A stretch of DNA of 64,000 nucleotides from Macrostomum hystrix. Taxonomy: Eukaryota > Animalia > Platyhelminthes. This document shows positions 50,761 to 62,709 of the stretch, piece by piece. Made by a program: the position numbers and the translations under genes. Below the pieces are notes generated by a model. It was not told the origin of the DNA. It worked only from the letters and a program-made list of their open reading frames with translations, and did not search any database. Position 1 is the first letter of the stretch. Every line of letters begins with the position of its first letter. The stretch lies in the NCBI GenBank assembly GCA_950097015.1, contig CATNEN010000032.1, positions 682,001 to 746,000 of the forward strand, given 5' to 3'.

Positions 50761-51764
50761 CTATTGTGTCTGGAACCAGGCTTCTAACTTATGCCGAAGT
50801 AGAACCTTTCATTTGCCAAGTTTTATTTTCACGCTTCGTTGCTTCAGGCCTCAGTGTGAAACCGTAAATCATGTGTATATATCTTACATTTAAACTGCAA
50901 ATTTTAGCGGATTCTGCAATTTTTAGCTTGTCAAAAATTCGACTGCAACTTTTGGCGGAATCTGTGACTTTTAGCCAGCAAGCAAACTTCAGACTGTAAC
51001 TTTTAGTGAATTCTGTACATCTCAGCTGACTACATCTCAGCAGATTACATATCTGCATCAAAGTAGCGAGTGTAAAATAATTCAGACGAGTATAACAACA
51101 TCTTTTGGTTGTCAATTAGAAAATATATATTAAAAAAACTGGCAGCACATTGCTAAAATACAGGCAGCAAAAATATGACCAAGTTTAAAAACAGCTTTTA
51201 CAACCTTATGCGCGAGAGCCCTGATCCAAGGATGATCCATGTACAGCTGGATCGCAAGTCTAAGTAAATTATTAACTAAGTAATTAATAATTATATATAA
51301 TTAATATTATTTGATAATTATATAAATTAATTATATATAAACTGCGTAAATGACCAAGCTCGCAAACTTTTATATAACTCGTTGGGAGCTGGAGGCTGCG
51401 GCTCCCAATTGTCTGGGAGCCGTCTGGGATGTTAAATTCAAATTTCTCCCTCTTTCCTTGCTTTACTCCTTCTGATGGTGCAAAGATCTAAATTTAGCCC
51501 ATGCACATCTGTGCCGCAGTGGCAAGGTCAAAAATGACATCTATGGCAGACCATAAGGCGATCTAGTTGTACATATATTATCCTTGCTCTGACCAGGCAT
51601 AAAGCACGGAAAAAACGGATAAACTGTGAAGCGCACTTATGATGCGGTTAAAAATTACCTTTCTTTTCTTTTCGCGCTCGAAAGCAAAATTTTTGTCACA
51701 AGAAAATGCGATTTTGCCTTTGTAACAACTAGCCAATATTAAAACTGTGATGTGGAGTGTGCTA

Positions 51765-52378
51765 CGGGAATCGAGTAAGAATGTGAACCAGCAAAATTTT
51801 TCGAATTTTTAGCAATTAATAATCGCGACCCAACTAGCAGCTGGCCGCAAAACAAGATCATTAATCTTAGGACCGGGTTTGGGGCGGCGGTGAATTAAGT
51901 AGCCGACGAATCCCCTCTCCCTGGATCTGTTCTAGACCCCGTAGGAATGACTGATCGCGGGCCATAACTTTATTGTATGAGCTAGTTTAGGTCATAATTC
52001 CCCTCCAAACCGCGATCAGATATCGGAAATCACTCAGGCATCTCAAGTGATAAATAATTCTTCATGTCCCCACTTCTTTAGTGTAGTCCGAGCCCAGCTC
52101 GATTATATGACCTTTCCCCTTTAGATACATGTAATGTCACTGTAGGCAGGTCGGCGCCTGCGCTTCCCATTGTCCTGGCGGAGTAACAATTATTGGCCGA
52201 CTGCTGGCGGCTGCTCGTAAAGGAGCATCTGTCGTTTCTCGCCGCCGGTTCATTGGGTAATCGGGGTGGCCATCGCCGCTTCGATTCCTCGATGACAGGC
52301 CGGCGTGGATGTGGGTTATTTTGATGAATGCCGAGGTTTGGCGTGCTGCAGGACTATTTAAGCAAGCGCGCTGCGCTT
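51765..52378. repeat. Dispersed structured repeat, copy 1
   Basis: Colinear with 62710-63325, with long identical blocks and conserved self-complementary segments. Confidence 0.85.
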
Positions 52379-52739
52379 AGTACCACCTTTCTAGACCCCT
52401 GTAGCGCGAATTCAGGAATCCCCTTTGAGGCGTGTCTTGATCCATTCTGGGGTTCTCACCCCAGTCTAAAACGGAAGTTGCAGAATGCCCTATTTTCGGC
52501 TTGTCTAGATCTGCGTGATAAACTAGGAGCTGTGTACTCCGGGGACCCAAGTTCCCAAACGCCTGCGGTGGCAACGTAGGCGCATTGGGTGGTGGCGCTA
52601 CCCTAGATCATCTATCCGCTTTGCCGATAGCCTTTCCGCAGTTCTCTGGCAAGAGCCTAGACCAGTTCGACCACCGCTACCGAAGCTAGGAGTCAGTTGC
52701 GTACTGCACTACTGACGACAGTAGGCTACCCAGGCCCTG

Positions 52740-55621
52740 CAACCGCGTAGCCAGAAATTTTCTTCGGGGGGATAGGCCGCCCCAAGGGAGGGAAAAAGAA
52801 ATTCTAAATCTTGAAGTATTGCATGGTCTGTTGCTGAAAAATGCCATCGCCCATCAATATTCAAATATCGTGTATTTTAAAATCACGAAGTGGCCAGTGG
52901 GGTGCTATCGATTTCCCCTCATAGAATATTGGTTATAATGCACTTGTTATTAGTATTTCTTTAGCAAATCAAAATAAGGAAGCACACAACTATAAATAAT
53001 AATCATGAAATGCAGCTGGAAACGCAGATGGGGAAAGAGTTTAAGGAATCTTGCAGAGAGGGGAGGGGAAGAGAAGGGAAAGGGGGAAGGCGCCTTCAAC
53101 AAGTTCAATGGGACAGTTCCATTATCTTGACGTTAAATTAGACGCAGTCGCGTGTCAAATCTGCGGCAATACTCTGCGATCACATCCTCGTAATCTAGCT
53201 TAATATCTTTGTGCACGGCGAGCATTGCCTGACCATTCAGCCTTCCTTCCGTCATCGTCGATCGCATGTAATTCTTAAGACGACGCAAGAGACTGAAGCT
53301 TCTTTCCGCTGTGCAGGTTGTCACCGGAGTGGCAAAAAATGTTGAGTAGCTTAGAGACATTTGGCCACACGGAGGCATTGCATCGCCGAATCGCCTTATC
53401 AATAGTCATTGCAGCTCGATCAGCTGGTGATATATCACGGCAAAACTCACGCCAGCCTTCAAATTCTGCCTCGAATGCTGCCCGGCTGTCCAGAAATGCG
53501 CAATATTTCCTCATAAGCTTCGCCAGCAGCCACTATCGAGTCTTCTTCGAGGCAATGAGCCGGTAGCAGCTTCGCCATCCGCATCGCGATCTTGGATGAT
53601 TTTGAGAAGCGCTCGCGAATCTCTCGGATAACTAGATCAAGGGTTGGGTACCACATGTTTATCTTGTAGACATCACGGGTATCTTTCCCCGGTGCGTTAC
53701 TTTTGTGCTGGCTGCGGCTGGATGATCTTGCACGATACTTGTCGGGTACGTTCTCGCCGTCATGGTGCTTCTTATGCAGCTCCTCAGCAGCGTTAAATAC
53801 CTCATTGAATTTAACATCCTCGGCGTCACTGCGCCAAGCCACCAGTCGACGGAGAACTCGATCAGCTTCCTCACTCGCCGTGACTAGATCCATCGCTGTC
53901 GACTGTGAAGGAAAAAATAAAAAATAACAGATATTTTTGACAAGTTTAAGTAAAATACTGAGTAATCAATTTGCTAGAAATTGATCACTCTGCCTGCAGC
54001 AGGCAGATTGCGGCAGCATCTTGCTCTTTGAGATCGATAAAGCCCAAGAAGCGCTCTTCAACGCAATTATCTGTCACAAAACGGATATTCACAGAAAGTT
54101 GTTCGACTCGTGAAACATCGCTAGTTCCATCCACGATAATTGCATAGAATGAGTTAACTGGCGAATGATCTGGCGCGTAATCATTGCCTTGATGCAATCG
54201 ATAATCCTGTTCTGCACAGTCGGAGACAAGCCTGTCGAGTTCAAAGGACTATTGCGCAGTAAGTCGGCTAATTTTTTGTCCTTTACAGCATCTCTTAGAA
54301 GCAACGCGCGAAGATTACCTTGCGAGAAGTCAACTGATTCGATAGCCTCTGGCACTTAAAGCCGTCCTGGCGCTTCTCTATGACCGCGAAGGGCTTGATT
54401 GGTGCGCCCGAGATATTCAGTGGCACTTATCACTGCTTTAAAAATGTAGCGGCGCTCCTGCAAAGCTGCATCAGCTGCTGTACTCAGCTGCGCCTGCGCT
54501 GAGACGTCACCTGTAGACGACTGCTTTTGCACTTGACTGAAAGAGTCGCAGGCTTGACTATGGTAAAGCGACAAGCGATGCTTGTTGTAAATTTCCAGTA
54601 TTTTTTTTAATTCGTCACAGGAATTGTCACCAGCCGACCTAAATCTTGGTTGTTACGGTTACCGCAGCCTTTATCCGGAGCAAATAGAACGCAAGGCAGA
54701 CAGAATACCCCCTTTCTTTTAGGTGAGTATACGAAGCAGCTATTCTTACCGCTGATGTGATGGTGAAGCAGCTTGTAATTTTGCTTTTTCCCAACTGAGT
54801 GTGGAAGCTGGTAGTCAGGGCCTACCTTCAGCGTGTCCTTCATAAAGCGCAGACGGTCTTCAGCTGTCAACCTTCCATCAATGTGCATCTGCACAGCATC
54901 CACGATATCTAACCTTGCAGCTGAATCCGAAGGTGGAGGAATAGCTACTGCATCTGCTTAGTTGCTTTGTAGTCCAGAATCAGCCTCCACAGTGCTTGCA
55001 GAAATTGAAATATCAATGTCATCGGCTTCATTCGACGGAGACGGAGTCACAGCTTGCCGCTGTAGCTGAAAGAAGCGATCAAGCTTCTGCTGTTTTGCGA
55101 GAGGCGGTCCAGGCGAATCCATAGTTTCGTTGCAGTTTGTTACAAACTGTTACAAAACAGCAGTTTGTGCGCCGAAACCGAAAGTCAAGCCCTTCGGTTG
55201 ACCGAAAATCTCTCCCTGCCCCGCTTTCTATCGGCTATTTTCAGCCCTGGCTCTCCCTTTCAGACACGCCTGTTCCAATGTGCACACTGGCCACTGCCTA
55301 AGTGCCTATCCCCCTGTCCCCTGACCTCCAACCCTTATTTGTTGCCCTTCCCCTCTCCTCTCGTCCTGGGGCCTGGGGGTTGAGCTCCAATGTACATTAC
55401 ATTGTACATTAGGCCCTTCATTCCTGTCCCCGATAGTGATAGTGAGCCTAGCCTACACACCACACCACCCCACTATTCATTACAACACACACCCAATGCT
55501 AAATTACTTTCACAGGTGACATCTACAATCTACATCATATACTAGAAAAACGGACTTCAAAAAAATTTTTGCCGGCTGTTCGGGGGGATACATCCCCCCA
55601 TCCCCCCTCCCTACGCCACTG
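52740..55621 (-). mobile_element. hAT DNA transposon, 2882 bp
   Basis: Perfect 8-bp TSD AGGCCCTG (52732-52739 and 55622-55629). Termini caaccgcgtagcc / ctacgccactg with G/C-rich subterminal runs. Confidence 0.93.
53133..55122 (-). pseudogene. hAT transposase (ZMYM1/THAP12-like: TTF zinc finger, DUF4371, dimerisation domain)
   Basis: GVFCLPCVLFA, ALRGHRE, GNLRALL, SPTVQNRII, FYAIIVDGTSDVSRVEQLS, EERFLGF, TCTAERSFS.LRRLKNYMRSTM. Several frameshifts and a central deletion. Confidence 0.88.
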
Positions 55622-57116
55622 AGGCCCTGTCTTGTCCGATTCCGGGCAATCCGACGCCCCGTTAGACTTTTCGCCGGTTTCGAGCATAGCTTGGGGTAGG
55701 CACGGCAGTCATGCCTGTGGCCTATGGGACGAGTGGGACTGGCCAGCCTGAGGCCAATAGGACCACTCCCTGCATCCATCGAACCTCCTCGTCTCCTCTT
55801 TCCTCCCCACCCTCTCTCCGCGGCATCTCGCGAGTAGCCAGGCAGATAGCCATTCGACTCTATCGCCATCTCCAAGCTCCCACCTTTCACGAGGGCAGGT
55901 CAGTGGCTTGCAAAACTCCCTAACCATTTTAACTGGACAAACAGTTTTTTCCATGAAAAAAACAGACAAAAACATGGGAGCGAAACTTGCACAAAGATGC
56001 GGACGGCCTATTCCGGGTAAGTAAAATAACAAAAACAAATGACAGAACCTTATTTTTTTAGTTTAGAAATAATAATGCCACGCCGTGACAAAGTGAAAAT
56101 CAAGGATAGATGAAGTTCATGCGAAAAAGCGACGGTTAGGCCACGGGACCATGGATGAACTAATGTGTCACTCTCATTGGCTGGGAACTTCAGCGCAGTC
56201 AAAGTGAAAATCCCATGTACCTATGCCTTCTTCCTGCCAGTTCAGAAGAGTGAAAATATTTTCCAATCGTCAAACCACCGTGAATGCCAGGATGTGAGCC
56301 GTGCTGGTGCAGCACAGCTGGTGTGCTATGCAGCCAGAAGCTGCTAAAATCTGTCTAATTTCGAAATGTCAAAATCTTTTTTCATTGTATTATGGCAAAA
56401 AGTCATGAAACTATCTATTATCGACACATTCATCAAATAGACAATTTCTTTCTTGGTGTTTACTAAGCAGTAAATGGCTAAGACAGCCAGCAAAACATGT
56501 TACAACAAGACGACAATAAAAGGAAGTTGATAAATTCGGTTCCAGCACCATAATAAATCACAACCAACAAAAATATAAACAAACTACCGCTGCAAGCTTT
56601 TACATTTGACTATACATACGACCTGAAGGTAGTCACCTAAGTTTTATAATAATAAAGTCATTTTGGTCTGCATTGTTCTCATATACAATGCACGCGGCAC
56701 ACTCTAACCCACCCACCTGCTACAGGCTAAGTCTAAGCTTTGGTGCTCCCTCAGCGACGCAGTTTAACCATCCTGGGAGGCTAAATGCGCAGAAAATAAG
56801 CATTCCTAAATATTGATACAATTTGCGGTCAGAACCCTTTCTATGGCATTTTTGGAAAGTACACGTATATTGCACATATTGCACATTAACGTATCTACAT
56901 GATGTGATCTTACCGACTGATGGTCTGGCAATCAGGCTGCTAAAACCAAAAATGTAAGTACTTGTAAGTAGGCGTTTATATGACGACTTCATAACAGTTT
57001 TAAAACAGTTTTTTCTTTTTCACTTGAATTTATAAAACGGTTCAAATACAATCCATTAACGCACTACGACCGAGAGGATCATTTCCACTAAGAGTACCAG
57101 ACAAAGAGGCGGTCAT

Positions 57117-59180
57117 TTATTGAGACGGCTTCGCACGCTTTGCATGCTCCGATGCACGGGCGGGCGACGGCTTCACACGCTTTGCGGCTTGCGACGCACG
57201 GGAGGCCGACGCCTTCGCACGCTTTGCAGGCTCCGATGCACAGGAGGGCGACAGCTTCGCACGTTTTGCAGGCTCCGATGCACGGGAGGGCGACGGCTTC
57301 GCACGCTTTGCAGGCTCCGATGCACGGGAGGGCGACAGCTTCGCACGTTTTGCAGGCTCCGATGCACGGGAGGGCGACGGCTTCGCACGCTTTGCAGGCT
57401 CCGATGCACGGGAGGGCGACAGCTTCGCACGTTTTGCAGGCTCCGATGCACGGGAGGGCGACGGCTTCGCACGCTTTGCAGGCTCCGATGCACGGGAGGG
57501 CGACGGCTTCACACGCTTTGCAGGCTCTGATGCACGGGAGGGTGACGACATTGCATACTGCACCAGATGTGTCACAGAGGGTAACAATTCAGCTCCGTCC
57601 TGCCGTCCCAATGGTGTATTCGACGCCTCTGCTTCATTTTCTGAAGTCGGGATGCTCTGCGTGACGCTCATGACTGTTAATGCGCCAGCGAAGGACAGTT
57701 CGTGAGACGTCGCCTGATATGACTGTCGAGCGACGGCTGGCTTATGTGCTAACCGAATGCTGAGCGCTTCTTGTTGCTCAGGTGTCAGGTAGAGTTTGGC
57801 TTTAGTTTCGATGAATTTTCGGTAATCCGTATGCCGCAATCCGGCTGGCAGCCCGGCATTGTTTCGAGCATCGGACCACACCGCGCTGAATCCTCCAGAG
57901 CCGCTTGTGTTTCGGGGGAACGGAAACAGTGTGTCCGTCGTGGCCAGGTATGCCGCTCTGTGGTTGCCGTATTTAATAAGTAGTTCTTTGAAGGAAATGT
58001 CGATCCGAACGCGAACTTCGCCGTAAATGTGGCTAGTCTTGTGCTTAAGCACCAACAATTCAAAATTTACATTCTGTTCAATGTCTCGCTTCCAGTTCAG
58101 AAACTCTTGAATCGTAACGTTCGTTGGCACATCAGGCTGGTTGGCGTTGCCATGGCCGAAGCTCACGTGCAGGGCTAAACATAAAGGAACGATCGGGGCT
58201 TCGATGTCTGCATTTTTTGCTTCAGCGAGTGTCGAATCCATGTAAGAAAATAGTGCCCGCACTTCTTCGTCTTTCAGAAGGTTTGTATCTAGTTTCTTAC
58301 GCAGCAGACTGTCGTTCTGTCGCTTAACTTTACGATAACTTTTTACCCATGCACCGCATTGCGCAACAAACGAAGTCAGATGCGCCGTGGTACCACGTTC
58401 CTCAAGCAATGAGTAATGGGTAGTTGCGAGAAGCGTACCAAAATTGGCGAGCCCATGTATAAGCGTCTTTGTGCCGCTCGGCGCACGTCCTGTTTCCGAT
58501 TAAAAAAAACTCTGAAATAGAAGGACGAGTGTCTTCTCTGATTACATCGAGCGGCTCCGTGATTCCAACGCCGACCAGCACCTTCTGAACACCTAGGCGA
58601 TTAGCTCTTGAGGTTGACCTTGCCATGTCACCACCGCCGAACCCGTTGAGGGGCTTTTCAAACTGATCCAGAACGAAATCAATTCGCTCATTTGTTCCCC
58701 CGTTCTTTCTGGATCACCCGAAGCGCCGACTCTAAGCGTGGGACAGAGAGCCTAATGTCACGTTCCTCAGGCGTCATTTTGTGAATTCCAACCATATGGC
58801 TGCCTAAATTCTTTTTTTTTCAGCAGGAGCCCACAGATAGGGCACGGAGCTTTTGCGGGATCAATTACTGGATTCTTTTTTAACAACTCGGTTTGAGTAA
58901 AAATCTTGATTTCTTTAATATAAAGCTGTGAATGACCTTCGTTTTGCAGTTGAATGGACAGAGATACGTTTTGCCCCTAATCTTTTAAACAGTTGGACTG
59001 AGAACTTCGATGTTCACACTTTCAATTTGCCTTGCTCTACCGTTTTCCTCAATCACAGTCACAATCACAGTATCGGGTAAACCCAGAGCCGGTTCGTCAG
59101 CATCGGAGCCGAAAACGACGGTTCTGACGTGAACGAGTTGTCCGTCAATGAGGCACATCAGCGTTGCCCCTGAACTAGGA
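57117..59180 (-). pseudogene. Tyrosine recombinase with N-terminal C2H2-like zinc fingers and C-terminal basic repeats
   Basis: ORF 58409-57117 has VLKHKT, LFP, RHTDYRK, LAHK...RQSY. Upstream shifted frames give YLCPFNC, PCPICG...NLGSHMVGIH and FEKPLNGFGGG. Confidence 0.75.
57125..57540 (-). repeat. 33-bp coding tandem repeat (SPSRASEPAK[R]AK-type, 11 aa) at the recombinase C-terminus
   Basis: About 11-12 in-frame units. Confidence 0.9.
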
Positions 59181-59329
59181 TAAAAATGACGGTGCTCGTG
59201 TTTTCGGAGACTACATTAGGAGGGCAATCTGCATCAGGTACGACAATGTTCCCAACCAATCCGGAAGTACTCTCGATGGTCGCCGAGTATTCTACTCCCT
59301 TAATGTACCCGAAAAAGCTATCAATATCA

Positions 59330-59580
59330 ACAGCTGCATCGTCGGGGCAGTCAGCAGCAGGCATCGTTGCAGCTTCGGCGGAGCAACCAGCAACCTTCGC
59401 AGCAACATCGTCGGGGCAGTCAGCAGCAGACATCGTTGCAGCTTCGGCGGAGCAACCAGCAACCTTCGCAGCAACATCGTCGGGGCAGTCAGCAGCAGAC
59501 ATCGTTGCAGCTTCGGCGGAGCAACCAGCAACCTTCGCAGCAACATCGTCGGGGCAGTCAGCAGCAAATATCGTTGCACC
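59330..59580. repeat. 69-bp tandem repeat (23-aa AADCPDDVAAKVAGCSAEAATMS on -)
   Basis: About 3.5 near-identical copies; coding status uncertain. Confidence 0.8.
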
Positions 59581-60419
59581 TTCGGCCGTGAATGACCTTG
59601 CTGGAATGTTGTGTCGTCTGAAATAAATTATATAGCATTTAAAAAGTGTCATCATTTAATCTACTGGATGACGTTTTCAAATTCATTTCTTTCTGTAAGG
59701 TGGTACTTTTCTATGCAAGCATTAACTGTATTTTTTATCCTGTTACATTCAGACACCGAATGGAAATTTAGCTGTTTACTAAATCTGTGATTTTAAGCCT
59801 GTAAAATGTCTAAAACTGTAATATTCAGTCATCAATAACATTCATACATTTCAAATGCACATTATAAGCAGAATTGGGTTGAGCAAATAAATAAAAAAGA
59901 TAAACTTACAAATTTTGCAATTGTCCCAGTCCATGATTTATTGCCGTCCATAAAAACAACTCTACTACCTCCTTTCAAATCGTTTGTTTGTTTATCAATG
60001 GACTTAAGCTCATTAAGTAGTCCATCAGAGATGTCATCCCAACTGACCAAGACTTGTACACAAGACAGCAAAGTCCGACATATTGCATTCTCTGGGATAT
60101 TTTTTCCAGCTTCTCTGTTTGCCCTTGTCTATAGACATTAGTAGTGTAGTTGACTAATTAATAGACTATTGCTATCTTAAAATTGTCACAAATAGTTGAA
60201 TGATTAAAAAAAAAATATCGGAATATTTTGTCTAAAATAATAGTAAGGCATTGTAGGCAGTTGCATAGGCAATTTTAGTTTACACTTATTTTCTTACCAC
60301 ATTATTTACATTCCTAGTCATATAACTATTTTTGATTATAATATATAATTTTCTTGCAAAATGAAATGATTGAGTCACAATTAAAACCAAAATTAATGAC
60401 TTGATATTAAGCCTTCCAT

Positions 60420-61412
60420 CCCAGTGTGACGGCACCCGTTGGATCAACGTTGGTGCCCGCCGTTGGGTCACCGTTGAATGTGTCCCGAGGGAAATCCGTT
60501 GTATCGACATTGGTCTCCAACGAGCATTTCTCCTCATTTTATACGGTTTAACAACGGCAAAGTTTCTCTTAAAATGTGGATGTCGTAGCTGCATATTATT
60601 TTCCAATTGCCTCCCAGAGGTATCATTATGCCCGAATGTATAAAAATGATAAACGCGGACAAAAAATTTTAGAGGTTCCTTTCTGTTGCACAATCGGGCT
60701 TGCTCTAGCTTTCACGAGCGTGAATTAGACTTTTAAATATAATTAAAATATATTTCGGTACGAAATAGGCATACTTTTAACTCACCAACATCACTTGGAA
60801 ATTTTTTGTATCTGAACTATCATCATAAAGTACCAATACCATGAATAAAAGTACAGCTACTGTAGTTTTATTTTCTGGACTTTTCCAAATCTTGTATGGA
60901 TGTAGCTTTGGGAGCTATGGTTTTGCAATCTGTTATAAACATTGATGGTCTGCCACTCTATAATAGCTCCATTTTATTTTGTTGGCCAATTTTGATGACA
61001 TTTTCTGGTGTTTTTCGTCCTCTTCCTATTGCAGTTTCCTATTAGTTTTTCCTATAGAAAAATGTAGAGAAAGTATTCAAATTACCATAGCGCTGAACAA
61101 AATAAAACAAATGTATAGCAGGATGTAAACATTGTAAGTAGTAAAGCAATAGCGTACGTCAAGCACCTTTGCAGTTTCAGTATCATTCATCACTGTCACT
61201 AGATATAAATGCGACTACACGCGAGTCCCCGCGAGCCTTTTTCTTCTTCGGCGGCGCGGCCGCAGTGGAAAGCTAACTTTCCGGAGCTTCGGCTTGATTT
61301 GCCTTAGTTCGGCTGCGTCTGTCTTTGCCCAGCTTCAGTGCGGCAATTACGCCCAGCTCAATGTCTCTGTCACTTGGTCGCTCATTGGGTGGATAGAGAG
61401 CATGCGTGGAAC
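60420..61412 (-). mobile_element. End of a second EnSpm-like element with last exon of an accessory gene
   Basis: CCCAGTGTG terminus at 60420 followed by cgttgg/caacg subterminal repeats. Exon 61412-61273 (ctgcag acceptor) reads DRDIELGVIAALKLGKDRRSR*, like BEN/DUF4806 C-termini. Confidence 0.5.
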
Positions 61413-62709
61413 CTGCAGGCGATTTGATAGGGAGGAACTTTGTAACATCTAAAAGTTTAACCCAATGTAGGTCATATAAGCTAAAATAGAACTAAACGGG
61501 GTAGTATCTTGATAGTTACACAAAAATGATTAAGTATAAAATCCTAGCATGCAATTGCAATACTCATACACGTATAATTTAATAATTTAATAAAGCCTAT
61601 GCGGCGCAGAGTGCTGCTAGCATCGTCACTCTTACAGGTAAGAAGCCTGTCGCCCTGCAATCGTTTAGCAGCAAAAACTAACATAAGTCTGATTAATGTC
61701 AGACACGAGGCTTATATATATAATTATTTAAGAAATCGAGATGGCTGTAATAATATACATTTTAACAATTTTCGGGACAGAAGTGAAGTCTATTTTATTT
61801 TTTTAATATATATTTTTTAGTCGTTACAGCCATTAGAAGAAATCTTAAACAAGAACAAATATTCACTTTGACTAAAATCAAGTCATGAAAGGGAATTTAA
61901 ATTCGCGGCACATTACTAAATCGATTTTTTCTTTACATTATATGGTAAAGCCCGAGTGCTGACTAATTCAAACTCACTTTTGTAGGACTGAGCTGGCTGA
62001 AGACTAAATAAACTTCACTTATGTCCAAAAATGTTAAAATGTATAATCACTACTATCGAGTCTCTTCATTGAGACGATTTGTCAGCGTGTGAAGTAAATG
62101 TCGTGCATCTGCTGAGTCTACCCAGCTATAATTGGGTATCGGTTTTTAGCTGGATAATAATTGAGAAGGCCAGCTTTCTGCAACTTCCGTATAACAAAAA
62201 ATTCTGCTTTTAGCAGGTAAGGGCATTTAGGGGTGGCGTGGCGTTCGTTGAGATGGCTGCCAATATTCGCAGTCTACCACTGTTATTATTCTTGGTGTAA
62301 TAAAACTACATAAAAAGAAAGGCAACTTACTAGGTTTAAGGCCAGCGATGGATCCCGGGCATAATTTGTGTATTCTGTCCAGGTCGAAACAACAGAACCC
62401 TCTTGTGCCACGTCTCAAATTGTAGTGCTAGAGGTCGGTACGCTTGCCTGTGCTCTCATCAGTTCCGCGACGGCCGCCAGGCATGCCGATGTTCTTCGCA
62501 CATTGTACAGGCCAAGGTAGCATAGGCCGAGAGGGGACATGAGATCAACCCCCAGTCTAGCTTCCATTCTTGATTTGAGTGAAGCGAGACCTGCTAAGCC
62601 CTCAGGAAAGTTTAATGACGATGTATCGGCCAAAGAAGAAAGCGCAATGGGCGAGTGTGAGGCAGTGCCTGGCAATCCTGGATTTGTGGACAGCGGGTCC
62701 CGAACTCTG

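Noticed and set aside
51250-51350. AT-rich palindromic stretch
   Set aside because: Low-complexity sequence; self-complementarity is expected by chance.
60286-60693. 135-aa minus-strand ORF
   Set aside because: It crosses the subterminal repeats of the EnSpm-like end and has no recognisable motifs.
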